Of a stretch of 64,000 bases of DNA, positions 21,670 through 33,335 are shown piece by piece. The number at the start of each line of letters is the position of its first letter. Position 1 is the stretch's first letter. Under the pieces are notes generated by a model, which saw nothing but the letters and a program-made list of their open reading frames with translations, was not told where the DNA came from and ran no database searches. Origin of the DNA: Spirochaetia bacterium (GTDB lineage: Bacteria; Spirochaetota; Spirochaetia; DSM-16054; Sediminispirochaetaceae); assembly GCA_034520965.1 (NCBI GenBank), contig JAXHMY010000007.1:32001-96000 (forward strand), written 5' to 3'. A program made the translations under genes and the position numbers.

Positions 21670-23029
21670 TTACGAGGGTATTGGAGCATATAATCCAAGC
21701 TCATCTCCTTCCGAACCAACCGGCCGGTAAGCTTTCCAGTCGGAGCCTTCTATATCCTTGAAACGTATTATCCTGTTGGGACTTTCAACCGGAAAACCAT
21801 CAATATATTCTGCATTATCATCAGTTAGGTAAATGTGTTCCGCGGTAGTGGCCAAAAAACGGGTGGGTCCGTAAAACTCTCCTAGCTGATCCGCAGTTTC
21901 ACCTGAGGTGAAATCAACAACCCTTCCAAAGGAATCAACGTATTGGAGTTCCTTGGTTAGTTTTATTATTACATTACCGGAAGAGCCTCCGATATTTGTA
22001 AGGTAGAGATGGTTGTTTTTGACCAGCAAGTCCATATTGAAAAGGCTTGATATAACATTTTGATCGTTGTAGGTTGCTATTACCCGGTTGCCGGCAGTTC
22101 TCTGAGGATCATACTTGAAAATGGTCGGCTGTGAAGACTGGTCTTGACCTGCAAAATACAGATACCCCTCATCATCTGCCGCTAGACCAAACAGGCTGAC
22201 ACTACTATCTCACTCTCCTGCCACAATTCAAATGTATCAGTACCGACCGCTATGTCTGATACATCTTGGGTCACGTGTATAAATTTTATAGCCGAACCCT
22301 CTCCAGGCTGACCGATATAGAGATAGTTGTTCGTACGGTCAAAAGCGATGGCTGAACCGGAAACTTCGGGGTCGTAATCTGGCGCTGATGATGTAATATC
22401 GTTGATCATAATAATTGGATAATACTCAGAATAAGGACCATAATAGGAAATCCAAATTCTTCCCTGATTGTCCAGAGCTGTATCGTAGGGATAATCAAGG
22501 CCAAGTTCTGTCGTATTCCACTGGTCGGAAGTTAAAGAGTTCACATCCTCAGACACATCAAGATTGCTTACCTGAACTATTGTTCCGGGAGATGTGACGT
22601 AGATCCGGGACAACTATCTTCGTATCCTTTGGCCCCATCGTGAAATCGAGTTCTGTTTCTTCTCCTTCTACAAGGTCCGCATAGCGGGTCATGCCCCAGC
22701 TGTACACATGGCTGGTAGCTGAGTCTTGGTTGGCAGCTTCTACCTCGAACTTCACATCATCTCCAGGCGGAAGGAAAAACTCTACGCTGCTGTCCGAGGG
22801 AGTGACGGTTACACTCTCGCTGATAATCTTGTCCGGTTACACGTATGTTTACTTCAGTTACGTCGCTCTGCAGGCCCATTACACTCAATTTTGGATTAAC
22901 TGAGCCCTCAGTCATATCCGTTGTAAATGAGCAGGCCCCGGCGAGAAGCAGCAATGACCCGAGCGTGCCGAACAACAGGGCTCGGGCTATTCTATTTTCC
23001 CTTATATATGGTTTTTTTGTTAAATTCAT
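21670..23029 (-). CDS. Probable lipoprotein, beta-propeller-like (frameshifted)
   Basis: Lipobox LLAGAC; continues through ORFs 22558-22755, 22182-22613 and 21670-22035. Confidence 0.55.
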
Positions 23030-23040
23030 AATTTTCCTCC

Positions 23041-23712
23041 TTATTCCCAGGCGAGGTTCAGAATTACTCGTGAATAGTCGCTTACTTGAGAGCCGCCGTC
23101 TTTTACAATCCCTCCGTCTCCCGATAAGCTGCTTATTACTTCAAATTGGCCGTTTAGCAGGGTCTGCTGGGAATTCGAGGGCGCTGAATATCCGTCGGTG
23201 CTGCTCTCTTGCCCCGCGCTTACCCCGCGGTTTTGTCCGACCCTGTTGCTTAATACGACGGTACCCTCGGTAACCCATAGGGTGAAACCGTCGAAAACAA
23301 AACTTGTTCCGCGCACAGCGGCCGTCGAGACTGGACTGCGGAGCTTAAAGTTGTTGCGCAGGCCTTTGGTGGACCGTACATTTGCTTCGACCTTTCCCAC
23401 CTCGAGAAACAGGTCGGTGTCTAGGCTGTCGCTGTTTTCTACAATCTGCTCCAGCTGCATTCGGGTTAGGGCTTTTACCTCAAGGGTACTCTCGCCTAGC
23501 TCGAGTACCGCCTTCGAGTTGAATCCGGTGGAAATATACGTGTTACGGGATATGTTCCCCCCGGAGGCGGCCCGCTGCCATTGGCCTCCCGGTTCTTTTA
23601 TTTCCACTTTGCCTTCGGTGCTTCGGACTACCGCATCAACGGCAAACAGCGGGATGGCTGCGGCAAAGAGCAGCAAAAAGGTAATACTTAATAAGGTTTT
23701 ATATGTTTTCAT
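23041..23712 (-). CDS. FecR-domain protein with signal peptide
   Basis: ISTGFNSKAVL, SPVSTAAVRGTSF, VTEGTV. Confidence 0.8.
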   Translation of the reverse strand: MKTYKTLLSITFLLLFAAAIPLFAVDAVVRSTEGKVEIKEPGGQWQRAASGGNISRNTYISTGFNSKAVLELGESTLEVKALTRMQLEQIVENSDSLDTDLFLEVGKVEANVRSTKGLRNNFKLRSPVSTAAVRGTSFVFDGFTLWVTEGTVVLSNRVGQNRGVSAGQESSTDGYSAPSNSQQTLLNGQFEVISSLSGDGGIVKDGGSQVSDYSRVILNLAWE

Positions 23713-23730
23713 TAGAATTTTCCTCCTAAA

Positions 23731-25035
23731 TTAATAGGTAAATGAAATATCCAAACGGCCGACCGCCTCTATTTCGGATCTGCTGTTTGCAAACGGGCTG
23801 TTGTTGGAGTAGTTATTGGGCATGAATACTCCCCCGCTAAGGGTAATACCTAAATCTGAAAAGGGGCGGTAGTTCAACCGCAGGTCTGCTTCGCTTCCTA
23901 AATACTGTTGGTCTGATGTAGTGCTGACTCCCGGTTCCGAGATTGCGCCGGTGGTGCTGCGGATAAAGCTCAAGGCACTTAGCTCGAGCTGCAGTTCTCC
24001 GGCATACACGGAGGAGAGGGGTTTTATCGAGTAAGAAAACTCTCCGACGCTTATGTTTCCCGGGCTGGGTGAAAAGGCAATGCCGAATTGTTCGCTATGG
24101 GACAGGGGAATAAAGTGGTTTGAATAGTCTGAACCGTTGTACCCGCCGTAATAGCTTCCCTGTTCCGGATCACCGGAAGAGTAGAACCCCGCCAGTTTGA
24201 ACCGGGAATAGTTAAGATCCTCCATATAATATGTGAATTCTCCTCCCGCCAAGTAGGCCAGGGTGCTGTACGCCCCGTGGCCGTAGTTGAGGAATCCGTA
24301 AAAACGGTGGTACAAGTCCCTGCTCATGGACCCTGCAATTCCGATTCCGAAATATTCGGTAAAAATACGATCCTCTGAGGTCAACAGATCGCTCTCCTGC
24401 TGTAAATCTTGTTGCGCAATAAAGCTTACATGTACATCCTGTTCCAGCAGCAGCTGCGGGAAGGCAATTGCAAAGCGCCCAATAGTTTTTGGGGGAGCCT
24501 TCTGATATCCGTGGTCAGGTGCACTTAGATGAACTCCTATATCGCTCTGGGTAACCAGTATCCGGGAGTTGGGAACAAAGGTAAGGCCGGTATAGCCGGC
24601 ACCTGCGGATATGGTTCCCCACGGGAGTTCAGCCTCTATTTCCCCTCCATCCAAATTGTGATCAAGCACATACTCTGTAAAGTCTGCAAAATTAAACCTT
24701 CCGAGTCGGTAGCTTATTCGTGAAGTGAGTGTTCCTGTGAATACAAACTGATTAATATCGGCGAAATAGGTACGGTCAAGGTTGAATTGGTATTTGGCCT
24801 CGGTTCTCAGAGAGGCGTTTTCGGAAAACCGGGTTTCGAACCATATACCGGCCTCAAGGTCCTGCTGATAATCGGTTTCACCGTCCCACTGCAGTTCGCT
24901 GGAGCTTTCTGCAAAACCGCCCCAATCAAAAAGTGTCTGGCCTGAAACAGGCTGGGGATTCATACCGATGAGTATAAGAAAGGCGGCGGCTATAAATAAG
25001 CTGGTATTTCTGTGTTTCCTGATAGTTTTACTCAT
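23731..25035 (-). CDS. Putative outer-membrane beta-barrel protein
   Basis: Signal peptide, amphipathic aromatic strands, LGSEADL, C-terminal DISFTY. Confidence 0.65.
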   Translation of the reverse strand: MSKTIRKHRNTSLFIAAAFLILIGMNPQPVSGQTLFDWGGFAESSSELQWDGETDYQQDLEAGIWFETRFSENASLRTEAKYQFNLDRTYFADINQFVFTGTLTSRISYRLGRFNFADFTEYVLDHNLDGGEIEAELPWGTISAGAGYTGLTFVPNSRILVTQSDIGVHLSAPDHGYQKAPPKTIGRFAIAFPQLLLEQDVHVSFIAQQDLQQESDLLTSEDRIFTEYFGIGIAGSMSRDLYHRFYGFLNYGHGAYSTLAYLAGGEFTYYMEDLNYSRFKLAGFYSSGDPEQGSYYGGYNGSDYSNHFIPLSHSEQFGIAFSPSPGNISVGEFSYSIKPLSSVYAGELQLELSALSFIRSTTGAISEPGVSTTSDQQYLGSEADLRLNYRPFSDLGITLSGGVFMPNNYSNNSPFANSRSEIEAVGRLDISFTY

Positions 25036-25499
25036 GCCGATTCCTCCTTCCATTCAAGGACTTCCCTCAGAATGTAAAGTACTTCGGACCCAGATAAGCT
25101 TCGTCCGGGTAGCGCGCTGCCGCGGATAAAACCGCGATAGTGTGTTTCCCGGGCTGCATAGCGGGGACCTGGAAATAGTTTGTACATAACCCCGCCGGGT
25201 ATTTCAAAGGCGTGCATTAACAGTTGAGAGTATTGACCCAGGGTAATCGGCGCATCAGTTGAAACATGCGGCAAGTGCCATCTTTTGGAGTCGAAGCCTT
25301 CGGCTGCTGTCTGAGGGGAAATCTCTTCCGGGAGCTCCCCGGCGGCGGTCTGCACCATATATAATGCAGATGCGAAAGAAGCCTCTTCCTGGGCAAGAAG
25401 CTGATCAATAACCTGGTTAGATTGTGCCGGAACGAGACTAAGAGAGATTCCAAGTAAAAAGAGTATACTTAAAATGATGGTACTATTTTTTCTTAACAT
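25032..25499 (-). CDS. Hypothetical exported protein (SLH-like segment)
   Basis: Signal peptide; APITLGQYSQLLM, PGPRYAARE. Confidence 0.6.
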   Translation of the reverse strand: MLRKNSTIILSILFLLGISLSLVPAQSNQVIDQLLAQEEASFASALYMVQTAAGELPEEISPQTAAEGFDSKRWHLPHVSTDAPITLGQYSQLLMHAFEIPGGVMYKLFPGPRYAARETHYRGFIRGSALPGRSLSGSEVLYILREVLEWKEESA

Positions 25500-25686
25500 G
25501 TAATCCTCCTTCTTATACATTACTAAAAATGTAATGTATAAGAAGGCAGATAACAACATCATCGCCCAAATTTTCAAAAAAATTCGGGCTGTGGCCGAAA
25601 TATGTTGGAAATTCCTCTTCTGGTAGAATTATGTCGGGATATGCATTAATATAAGACTATAAAATAAGCCCGGAGGGGACATACTA

Positions 25687-27421
25687 ATGACAAGTTCGAT
25701 AAACAACCTGATTCGTTTTATCTACGGTGATCAGCAAGGGGCTGATCTAGAAAAAAAAATCCATGCCCTGCTGATGAAAGCCGAGCACGATATTCAAGCA
25801 CCCACCCATCGCGGAAAGGGGGAGCTGCCCCTAGATAATACTGATGCCCTATTGATAACCTACGGCGACACTCTGTTACAGGAGGGCAAGCAGCCGCTTT
25901 CCAATTTACGGGATTTTGCCGATGCAAAACTGCGGGATATTTTCAGCGGTATTCATATTCTCCCCTTCTTTCCATACTCTTCCGACGACGGGTTTTCCAT
26001 TATCGATTACTATTCGGTCAACCCGCAGCTGGGAAGCTGGCAGGAGATTCGAGAGATAGGCAGCGTCTTCAAGCTGATGTCGGATTTAGTGTTGAACCAC
26101 TGCTCGGCACAGAACGAATGGTTCCAAAAGTTTCTGCACGATGACCCGCACTATAAAGAGTACTTTATTACCCAGGATAAGGATGCCGATTTATCGATGA
26201 TAGTCCGTCCCCGTACCCATCCCCTGTTAACACCCTTTGAAACCGACCACGGTACCGAATATGTATGGACCACCTTTAGCGCCGACCAGGTCGACCTCAA
26301 CTTTGCTAACCCTGAGGTGCTGTTAGAGATGATCAAGGTGATGCTGTTCCACATTAAGAACGGTATTCAAATTATCCGTCTGGATGCAATTGCCTATCTC
26401 TGGAAAGAGCTCGGACATCCGAGTATCCACCATGAAAAGACCCATGCCGCGGTAAAGCTGTTTCGGGCTATTCTCAATGTTGCGGCCCCCTGGGTGGTAG
26501 TAATTACCGAGACCAATGTACCCCATGCGGAAAATATCAGCTACTTTGGAAACTCTGATGATGAGGCGCACATGGTGTATCAGTTCAGTCTTCCGCCGCT
26601 GGTTCTGGATGCCTTCAGGCGTGAAGATACCCGGCATCTTCAGCAGTGGGCCTCGGAACTGCAGGATACTCTTGGCACGACTACTTTTTTCAATTTTCTG
26701 GCCTCCCACGACGGGATTGGACTGCTGCCTGCCAAGGGAATCCTCTCGGAAGAAGAGATTGAGGGGCTGGTAGAAAATACCCGTGAGCAGGGCGGGTTTA
26801 TCAATTATAAATCCACGCCGGAGGAGAGGTTCCCTCACGAGATGAATATCACCTACCTCGATGCCCTTGCCGGACCAAGATGTACCGGCCAGTGTGCGGG
26901 CACGCAAGTTCCTTGCCGGTCAGGCGGTGATGCTTACTCTGCGGGGAGTGCCGGGTATTTATATTCACAGTCTGCTTGGATCAGAGAATTATAGAGAAGG
27001 GGTGGAGCAGACCGGTGAGAACCGAAGCATTAACCGGGAAAAGCTCTCCTATTCCGAGGTAATGACCGAGCTTAATACTCCGGGAACCCTGCGGAACCGG
27101 ATATTTAGCGGTTTTCAGGATATGCTGAAGGCGCGCCGCCGGGAGCAGGCCTTTCACCCCGCCGGCCGGATGGAGATTCTGCCGACGGAGAAGGATGCGA
27201 TGTGTATCCTGCGCATCTCTCCGGATAACACGGAATACGTTTTGGCCTTTATTAGTGTGAATCCCGGGCTTACCACCGTTGAAATACCGATTAATCTGCT
27301 GCCCAAGCCCTTAAAGACAAACTACACCGAGCTTATACGGGGAAACTCCTTTACTGCCGCGCTCACCCGGAATTCCCTCCGGTTTCAACTGACCGGTTTT
27401 GGGGTCTATTGGTTAAAATAG
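25687..27421 (+). CDS. GH13_18 sugar phosphorylase, probably glucosylglycerate phosphorylase (frameshift near 26870)
   Basis: LITYGD, HILPFFPYSSDDGF, WTTFSADQVDLN, RLDAIAY, ITETNVPH, FLASHDGIG. Confidence 0.85.
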
Positions 27422-27422
27422 C

Positions 27423-28713
27423 CTACCTGTCGCGAAACTGCTTACTGCCCCAGATTGAAGTGGTGAGATGGCGAAGCTTTGTTTCGAGTACGCTGTAGGA
27501 GTAATATCGTAGTCCTAAATTGTAATTTGTCTCGGCCATCCGGGCCCGTTTTTCAGGATCTTTCAATACCTTCCGCGTGTATTCGACAGTACTGTTGCTG
27601 ATGAAGTTGTCCATCTCGATCACATCAAAGCCCTTCGGTTTGATGTCGTGGGAGTAAATAGAGTAATTGTTCACCAAAATCGGTTTGCGATGATAAATAC
27701 CTTCCAAAAAGGCGTTTCCAAAGCCCTCTACAATTGAGGGGTAGGTAATTAGATCGGCATGGGGATAGATGTCTCCGAGGGTATACACCTTGCGCCCGTC
27801 GGGGGTCTGTCCGCGGTGATCTGCAATAATATCATCAACAAAAAGCGCGTGAATGCCCAGCAACTCGGCGTATTCCTTTACGCGGGTCTGATATTCATAG
27901 CCCTCATCACCGGAGGCGTGGCTGATAACCAGGGTTGCCTTCATTTTTAGGCGGGCCACCAGTTCAATTGCATGTTCAATGCCTTTACGCTGAACAACCC
28001 GGGTTGGTTGGAGGATAAGCAGCTCGTCCTCGGCAATTCCCAAGGCCTGCCGTACATCGTTATTGTAGGGGTCCTTCCCGTCGGGCGGGTTTTCAAAGTC
28101 CATCACATTTGGAATCAGGGTAGAGGCAATACCGGTTCGCAGGGCAAGTTGATTCTGGGCAGAGCTGTTAATCACCACATGCTGAACCGACTTGAGGTGT
28201 GGAGGGTAGGCGGCATTGAAGTAATCCCACACACAGTTTGTAAGAAAGCGTTTCCTTTCCCAGAAGAAATCGTGGTGATGGGCAATAACCGGCATGCCGG
28301 TTTCTGCAATTACTTCGAGTAAGGGCCAAGCCCAGGGGCAGGTTGAGGGGGATGGTAAGGGTGTTCTGCGGAATAAGTAGATCGATGTCAAAGTGCTCAA
28401 TAAAATCATAAATTTTCTTTTTCAGAATTTCCCGGTAACGATGCAGACCGTCGGTCAGTTCCCGCGGCCGGTCTTGTAGATCAAAACTCATGTTGTACAG
28501 TTTGACAATTTCCGGGTGCTTAAAGTGGGCTTCATCAACAATCAGGGACACTTCAGGCGGGGTGTCGAGTTCTCCGGCCATATAGTAGCAGTTGTAGTTA
28601 TGGCGCTCAAAAACTTCGGCCCATTTCTTAGTTTCCAGGGAGACCCCGTCTGTCCCCGATATCCGAAAGGAGATAAAACCAACATTTTTCCCCGCTTTCT
28701 TTAACTTACTCAC
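27423..28713 (-). CDS. GT4 glycosyltransferase, mannosylglucosylglycerate-synthase-like (frameshifted)
   Basis: ISGTDGVSLETKKW, IPLNLPLG, HHHDFFWER, QPTRVVQRKGIE, EGFGNAFLE. Confidence 0.75.
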
Positions 28714-28833
28714 TTATTCACCTCGTTTCATTTGTGTCTTTATCTTTGATCATGCCTTTTATTATAGATTGCAATTGGCAGGGGTCAAGAACTCTCTGGA
28801 AGAAAGTACGCATATCCTTTAAACTCGGCAGAT

Positions 28834-29439
28834 ATGAAAGATCAACAGCTAATGTGGAATGAATCGAGACGCGAGACTCTACTCGAAAGCCCTATTTTCA
28901 GTGTTCGTTCGATTCACAGACACGCTTCGGATGGGCGGGAGGGAGATTTTATCTGCCTGGATGCTCCCGACTGGGTGACTGTGGTGCCCCTCTTATCCGG
29001 AGACCAGGGAAACGACCAGGGAAACGACCAGGGAGGCAAGCAGAGGCCGCAGTTTATCATGGTTGAGCAGTTTCGGCATGGAAGCGGAAAAGTGACCTTT
29101 GAATTTCCAGCGGGAACCATTGACCCAGGAGAGGATCCCCGGGGGGCTGCGGAACGGGAACTGCTGGAGGAGACGGGATATACGGCGGGTTCACTCATTC
29201 CGCTGGGCAATGTTTCACCGAATCCGGCCTTTATGAATAACCGGGTGCATGTGTTTTTAGCTTACGATTTGGTGTGGCATAAAGAACAGGAATTGGATGA
29301 AAATGAACAAATCCACACTCATCTGGAACCGGTTGAGAAGGTGAGTCGGCAGATGGGAACCGGCGCATACGATAACGGGGTCATGGTTATTGCTCTGCAG
29401 TTTTTTTCGAGATATAAGCGGATGGATCGGATACAATAA
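28834..29439 (+). CDS. NUDIX hydrolase (ADP-ribose pyrophosphatase-like)
   Basis: EFPAGTIDPGEDPRGAAERELLEETGY. Confidence 0.9.
   Translation: MKDQQLMWNESRRETLLESPIFSVRSIHRHASDGREGDFICLDAPDWVTVVPLLSGDQGNDQGNDQGGKQRPQFIMVEQFRHGSGKVTFEFPAGTIDPGEDPRGAAERELLEETGYTAGSLIPLGNVSPNPAFMNNRVHVFLAYDLVWHKEQELDENEQIHTHLEPVEKVSRQMGTGAYDNGVMVIALQFFSRYKRMDRIQ
29002..29034 (+). repeat. 12-bp in-frame tandem repeat, about 2.75 copies
   Basis: gaccagggaaac encoding DQGN-DQGN-DQG. Confidence 0.85.
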
Positions 29440-29455
29440 TGAAGGCAGAAAAAAT

Positions 29456-29497
29456 AGGCGCCGACCGGATTCGAACCGGTGAATAAAGGTTTTGCAA
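29456..29497 (-). pseudogene. tRNA-Cys(GCA) 3' half only
   Basis: Minus strand reads TGCAAAACCTTTATTCACCGGTTCGAATCCGGTCGGCGCCT; no matching D-arm or acceptor 5' strand. Confidence 0.7.
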
Positions 29498-29616
29498 GTT
29501 CGAAACCATCGGTCCGGGCTTGCACGCAGTTAACATTTGGGTACATGCCGATCGCTATCCGGGAGGGTGTGCTGCACGGTCCGAGAATGTAAACTTTATA
29601 AACAAAATTGATGCGA

Positions 29617-29656
29617 ATTCTCAATTTGGAAGTTTTTTGACTTCCAAATTGAGAAT
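29617..29656. repeat. 40-bp palindrome (family member)
   Basis: attctcaatttggaagt-N6-acttccaaattgagaat. Confidence 0.85.
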
Positions 29657-29671
29657 CGCTGCTTTAAAACA

Positions 29672-31022
29672 ATGAAGAAGTCGAAACGGCCGAAAATATT
29701 GTGTATACAGCCTCCCGTGTATGATTTTGCACTGTACGACCTCTTTTTTAAGCCCTATGGACTGCTGAGATTGGCAGGCTACTTGGAGCAGCAGGGGTAT
29801 CAAGTTGAGTTTATCAACGCCTTAGATTATCAAGAACCGTATACTCTTGCCGCGAAGGGGTTGCCGCGACGCAGGGCAAACGGTACGGGCAAGTTCCACC
29901 GGCAGCGTGCTCAACTGCCGCCGGGAATTCAAACTATTCCCCGTCAATACAGTCGGTATGGAGTGCTGCCGGAGGTCTTTGCGCAGCAGGTGGCCAAAAC
30001 ACAGCCGGATATGGTTTTGATTACTTCGCAAATGACCTATTGGTATCAAGGGCTGGCAGAGGCGGTTCGCGTGGTACGACAGGCTCATCCCTCCGTTCCG
30101 GTGGTGGTAGGCGGAATATATGCTACGCTTATGCCGCAGCACTGCCGTACTGTGACTGGAGCCGATGAGGTAGTCCTCGGTGAGGGCCTGTCTCAACTAC
30201 CGGGTCTGTTTGAAAAGTATAAACTGAATGCACCGAAGGCTTGGGACTGGACAACGGGGTGTCGTGCCGACTCTGTTCGGAGGCCGTGAAACCTGGGGAG
30301 ATGCCGGGCTTGTCAGGTTGAATGTCGGCTGTCCGTATCGCTGTACCTATTGCGCTTCAGCCATAATTGAACCACGATTTCTGCCGGGTGAGTACCGTCA
30401 GGTGTGGGAACAGATCCTTTACCTGCACCGGAAATTCGGTACAAAAAACTTTGCCTTTTATGATGATGCCCTGCTGGTGCACAAGGAAAAACTGCTGCTG
30501 CCCCTGCTGGAACTGATAATCCGCTCTGAACTTTCACTTCGCTTCTACACCCCTAACGCGGTACATATGCACTTTATCGACCGGGAAACGGCAAGACTTA
30601 TGCGAGCCGCCGGTTTCCAGGAGGTTCGCATAGGCTATGAATCGGCGGATGAACAGTTTCACCGCCGGCAGGATGGAAAATACACTCCCTGATGAAGTTG
30701 CCCGCGCAGTAAAGGCGCTGGCGAAGCGGCCGGGTTTCCAGAGGAATCCATTATTCTGTATGTTTTGGCAGGGCTTCCGCGGCAAAGTGCCTCCGAGGTA
30801 GAGGAGACCCTGCGGAAGGTAGAGCCCTTTGCTGTACGCGTTTCATTGGCCGAGTATTCGCCTGTGCCACAGACTGCCCTGTGGCAGGAGAGTGTAGCCG
30901 CTGCCCGTTTTCCGATTGCAGAAGAGCCCCTGTACCACAATAACTCCTTTTTCCCGATGGAATGGGAAGGGTTTACCCGCCGGCAGTTGGAAGCTCTGAA
31001 GCGAAAAACCTTGAATTGCTGA
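29672..31022 (+). CDS. B12-binding radical SAM protein (frameshifted)
   Basis: PYGLLRLA, VVVGGIYATL, GCPYRCTYC, FYDDALL, TPNAVH. Confidence 0.82.
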
Positions 31023-31087
31023 TGCTATGCGCTATAGTGTTTTTATGTTATTATCTATGCATAGTTTTCTGATATAGAGGGGTTTCC

Positions 31088-32613
31088 GTGTACATACCAA
31101 CCGATAGAGTCTTTATTCGAAATACGGCTTCCTGTCTGCTTTTTTTTGTGCTCTTATCCCCTTTGTGGGGGCAGAACAATGATCAGAGTTACCAAGCTCT
31201 GCGTCCTGATACCCAGATAAGTGCATCGGTTCCGCTTTCCAAAGAGGGAGGGGGCTACAAAACCTTTACCTTTGAAGTTGAACCGGATACCTTTGCAGTG
31301 CAGCTGTCTATTTCCGAGGCTCCCGCCGATCTTGATTTGTATATCAAGCATAATGAGGATATACAGAGCTATGAGTTTGTTGATGCATATAGTGATTCCC
31401 AAGACTATAACGAAGTGCTCTTTCTGTCTAGCCTTTCCGACCCTCCTTTGAAGGAAGGCAAGTACTATCTCGATGTTGTCTATCCTAACGAGAATCCTTT
31501 CCCTTTCATCAATGGAATCGCTTACGAGGAAATTCCCTTTAAAATCGAGCTTGAAACCATATCAGCCGACAGGCATACCCGCCTGGAACCGGGCACATCT
31601 GTTGCCGGAAGGCGACTTACTCCCCGAAGAGGGTATGGCAACTAGCTATCTGGATTTGGAGCCGCGGAAGGATTAAGCAACCTCCGGGTTGATTTATTTG
31701 ATACGAAAGCCGATCTTGATCTGCTGATAGGCTACGAACAGCCGGTATTGACCTATGAAAATGCCGATTATCTGCGAGATGGCCTGATTGGCCGTGAAAG
31801 TATTGTATTGGATGGGTCTGAGGATGAGCCGGAACTGCCCGCCGGAACTTACTACATTACGGTGTACGATGCGGTTTCAAATGCCCGGGCCGAAGAGTTC
31901 AGCCTGCAAGTAAGTTTCCAAAGCGAACCGCCGGAACAGCTGCTGGCAATTCCTCGTTTCCCTCGCAGCGATGATGAGCTTCGGCAAGCTTTCTTTTCAA
32001 CTGTAGAGGTTATCGGAGAAGCCGGCCGGGGTTCAGGTTGTCTGGTATCAAAGGGCGGTTTGTTATTGACAAATTGGCATGTGCTGCGTGGTTTTGATGG
32101 GGCTGTCTCGGAGGATATTTTTGTTGCAGTCTCCTTCTCGCAGCAGGTGCCGCCCAAGGAGTTGTTCAAGGCGGAGCTCATTGAATACGACGAGAAAACC
32201 GATCTTGCGCTGCCGCAGATCGAATCCGAGCTTGTATCGATCGGGCCCTGCCCAAGGACTATCGATTTTCCTTTTTCTCTTGCCGAAACCCAGCAGCTGC
32301 CGCGTCGGTGGAGCCGATGTCTTTTATCGGTTCTGCAAAGGCAGGCGGAGGCAGTGGTTCCAAGGTTTCAGTGTCGTTAACCCGCGGAATTGTAAGCGGT
32401 TTTGAACAGGGAGCTAATGGTTTACTTATTAAGACAGATGCGGTGCTTACTCCCGGAAATTCCGGTGGAGCAGCTATTAATGCCTATTACGAATTAGTTG
32501 GCCTGCCTACTTTTACTATGGGCGAAAAAAACTCGCCCATGGGTTTTATTCGACCCGTGAGCGAGATTCCAAGCAAATGGCGTGAACAAATTACTCGTCG
32601 TAGAAGCTTCTAA
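31088..32613 (+). CDS. Exported trypsin-like serine protease with PPC-like domains (frameshifted)
   Basis: ADLDLYI repeats, GSGCLV, TNWHV, DLA, PGNSGG. Confidence 0.75.
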
Positions 32614-33188
32614 TCTGCTCTTTTACCTCGTTCAGTGCATTCTGATACTGCTGTTCAAGCTGCTGCATATGGCGCTGCAGCAGTTGAGTATATTCAGGGT
32701 CCTGTTCAGGCTTTAGTTCGATTTCATAGCCGTACTGGCGGGTAAGGTTCTGCTGCTTCTGCTGCAGCTGTGGCTCATACTGCTGCTTAACCTGTTCCGT
32801 CAATTGTCCGCGATGCTGCAGATACTGAGTAAAAAATTGTGAAACCTGCTGTAGAACTGAAGAGAGTTGACTATCCTTTTCCGACTAACGTTTTTAAGCC
32901 CTTCTCTACATAGTTAAGACGTTCCTGAAAACTTTCATCCCGCGGCAAGCTAATGTGCGAGAGGAGTATTTCGACTGCCGAGCTTTCGACCGTATTCCGC
33001 TCGTCTCCCTTGTACTCCTTAATTGCTTTTTGCAGATTTTTTGGTTCCGGTGTATCTGAGTTCATATAGTCTGAAGCGATTTTCTGACCGGTCTTTTTCA
33101 GTTCATTCTTCCGTATAGCAGTTTTATCGCTTTTAATATCGGCGGTCCGCTCCATAGCAAGTTCCCAGGTTGATTTTATTTCACCCAT
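32591..33188 (-). CDS. Conserved hypothetical protein (frameshifted)
   Basis: MGEIKSTWELAMERT start; Q-rich helical C-terminus in ORF 32591-32803. Confidence 0.65.
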
Positions 33189-33335
33189 AGTATCTCCTCC
33201 TTCGTAGTTCCCTCAATTTGAATATAACGCTATCTGACGGTAGAGTTCAATAACCGTATTATACTTTACCCCGTATAAGAAATCTTCTATACTACAGTTG
33301 TAGAGTGTTGCATTTTTAGGGGAGGAACGCAGTAA

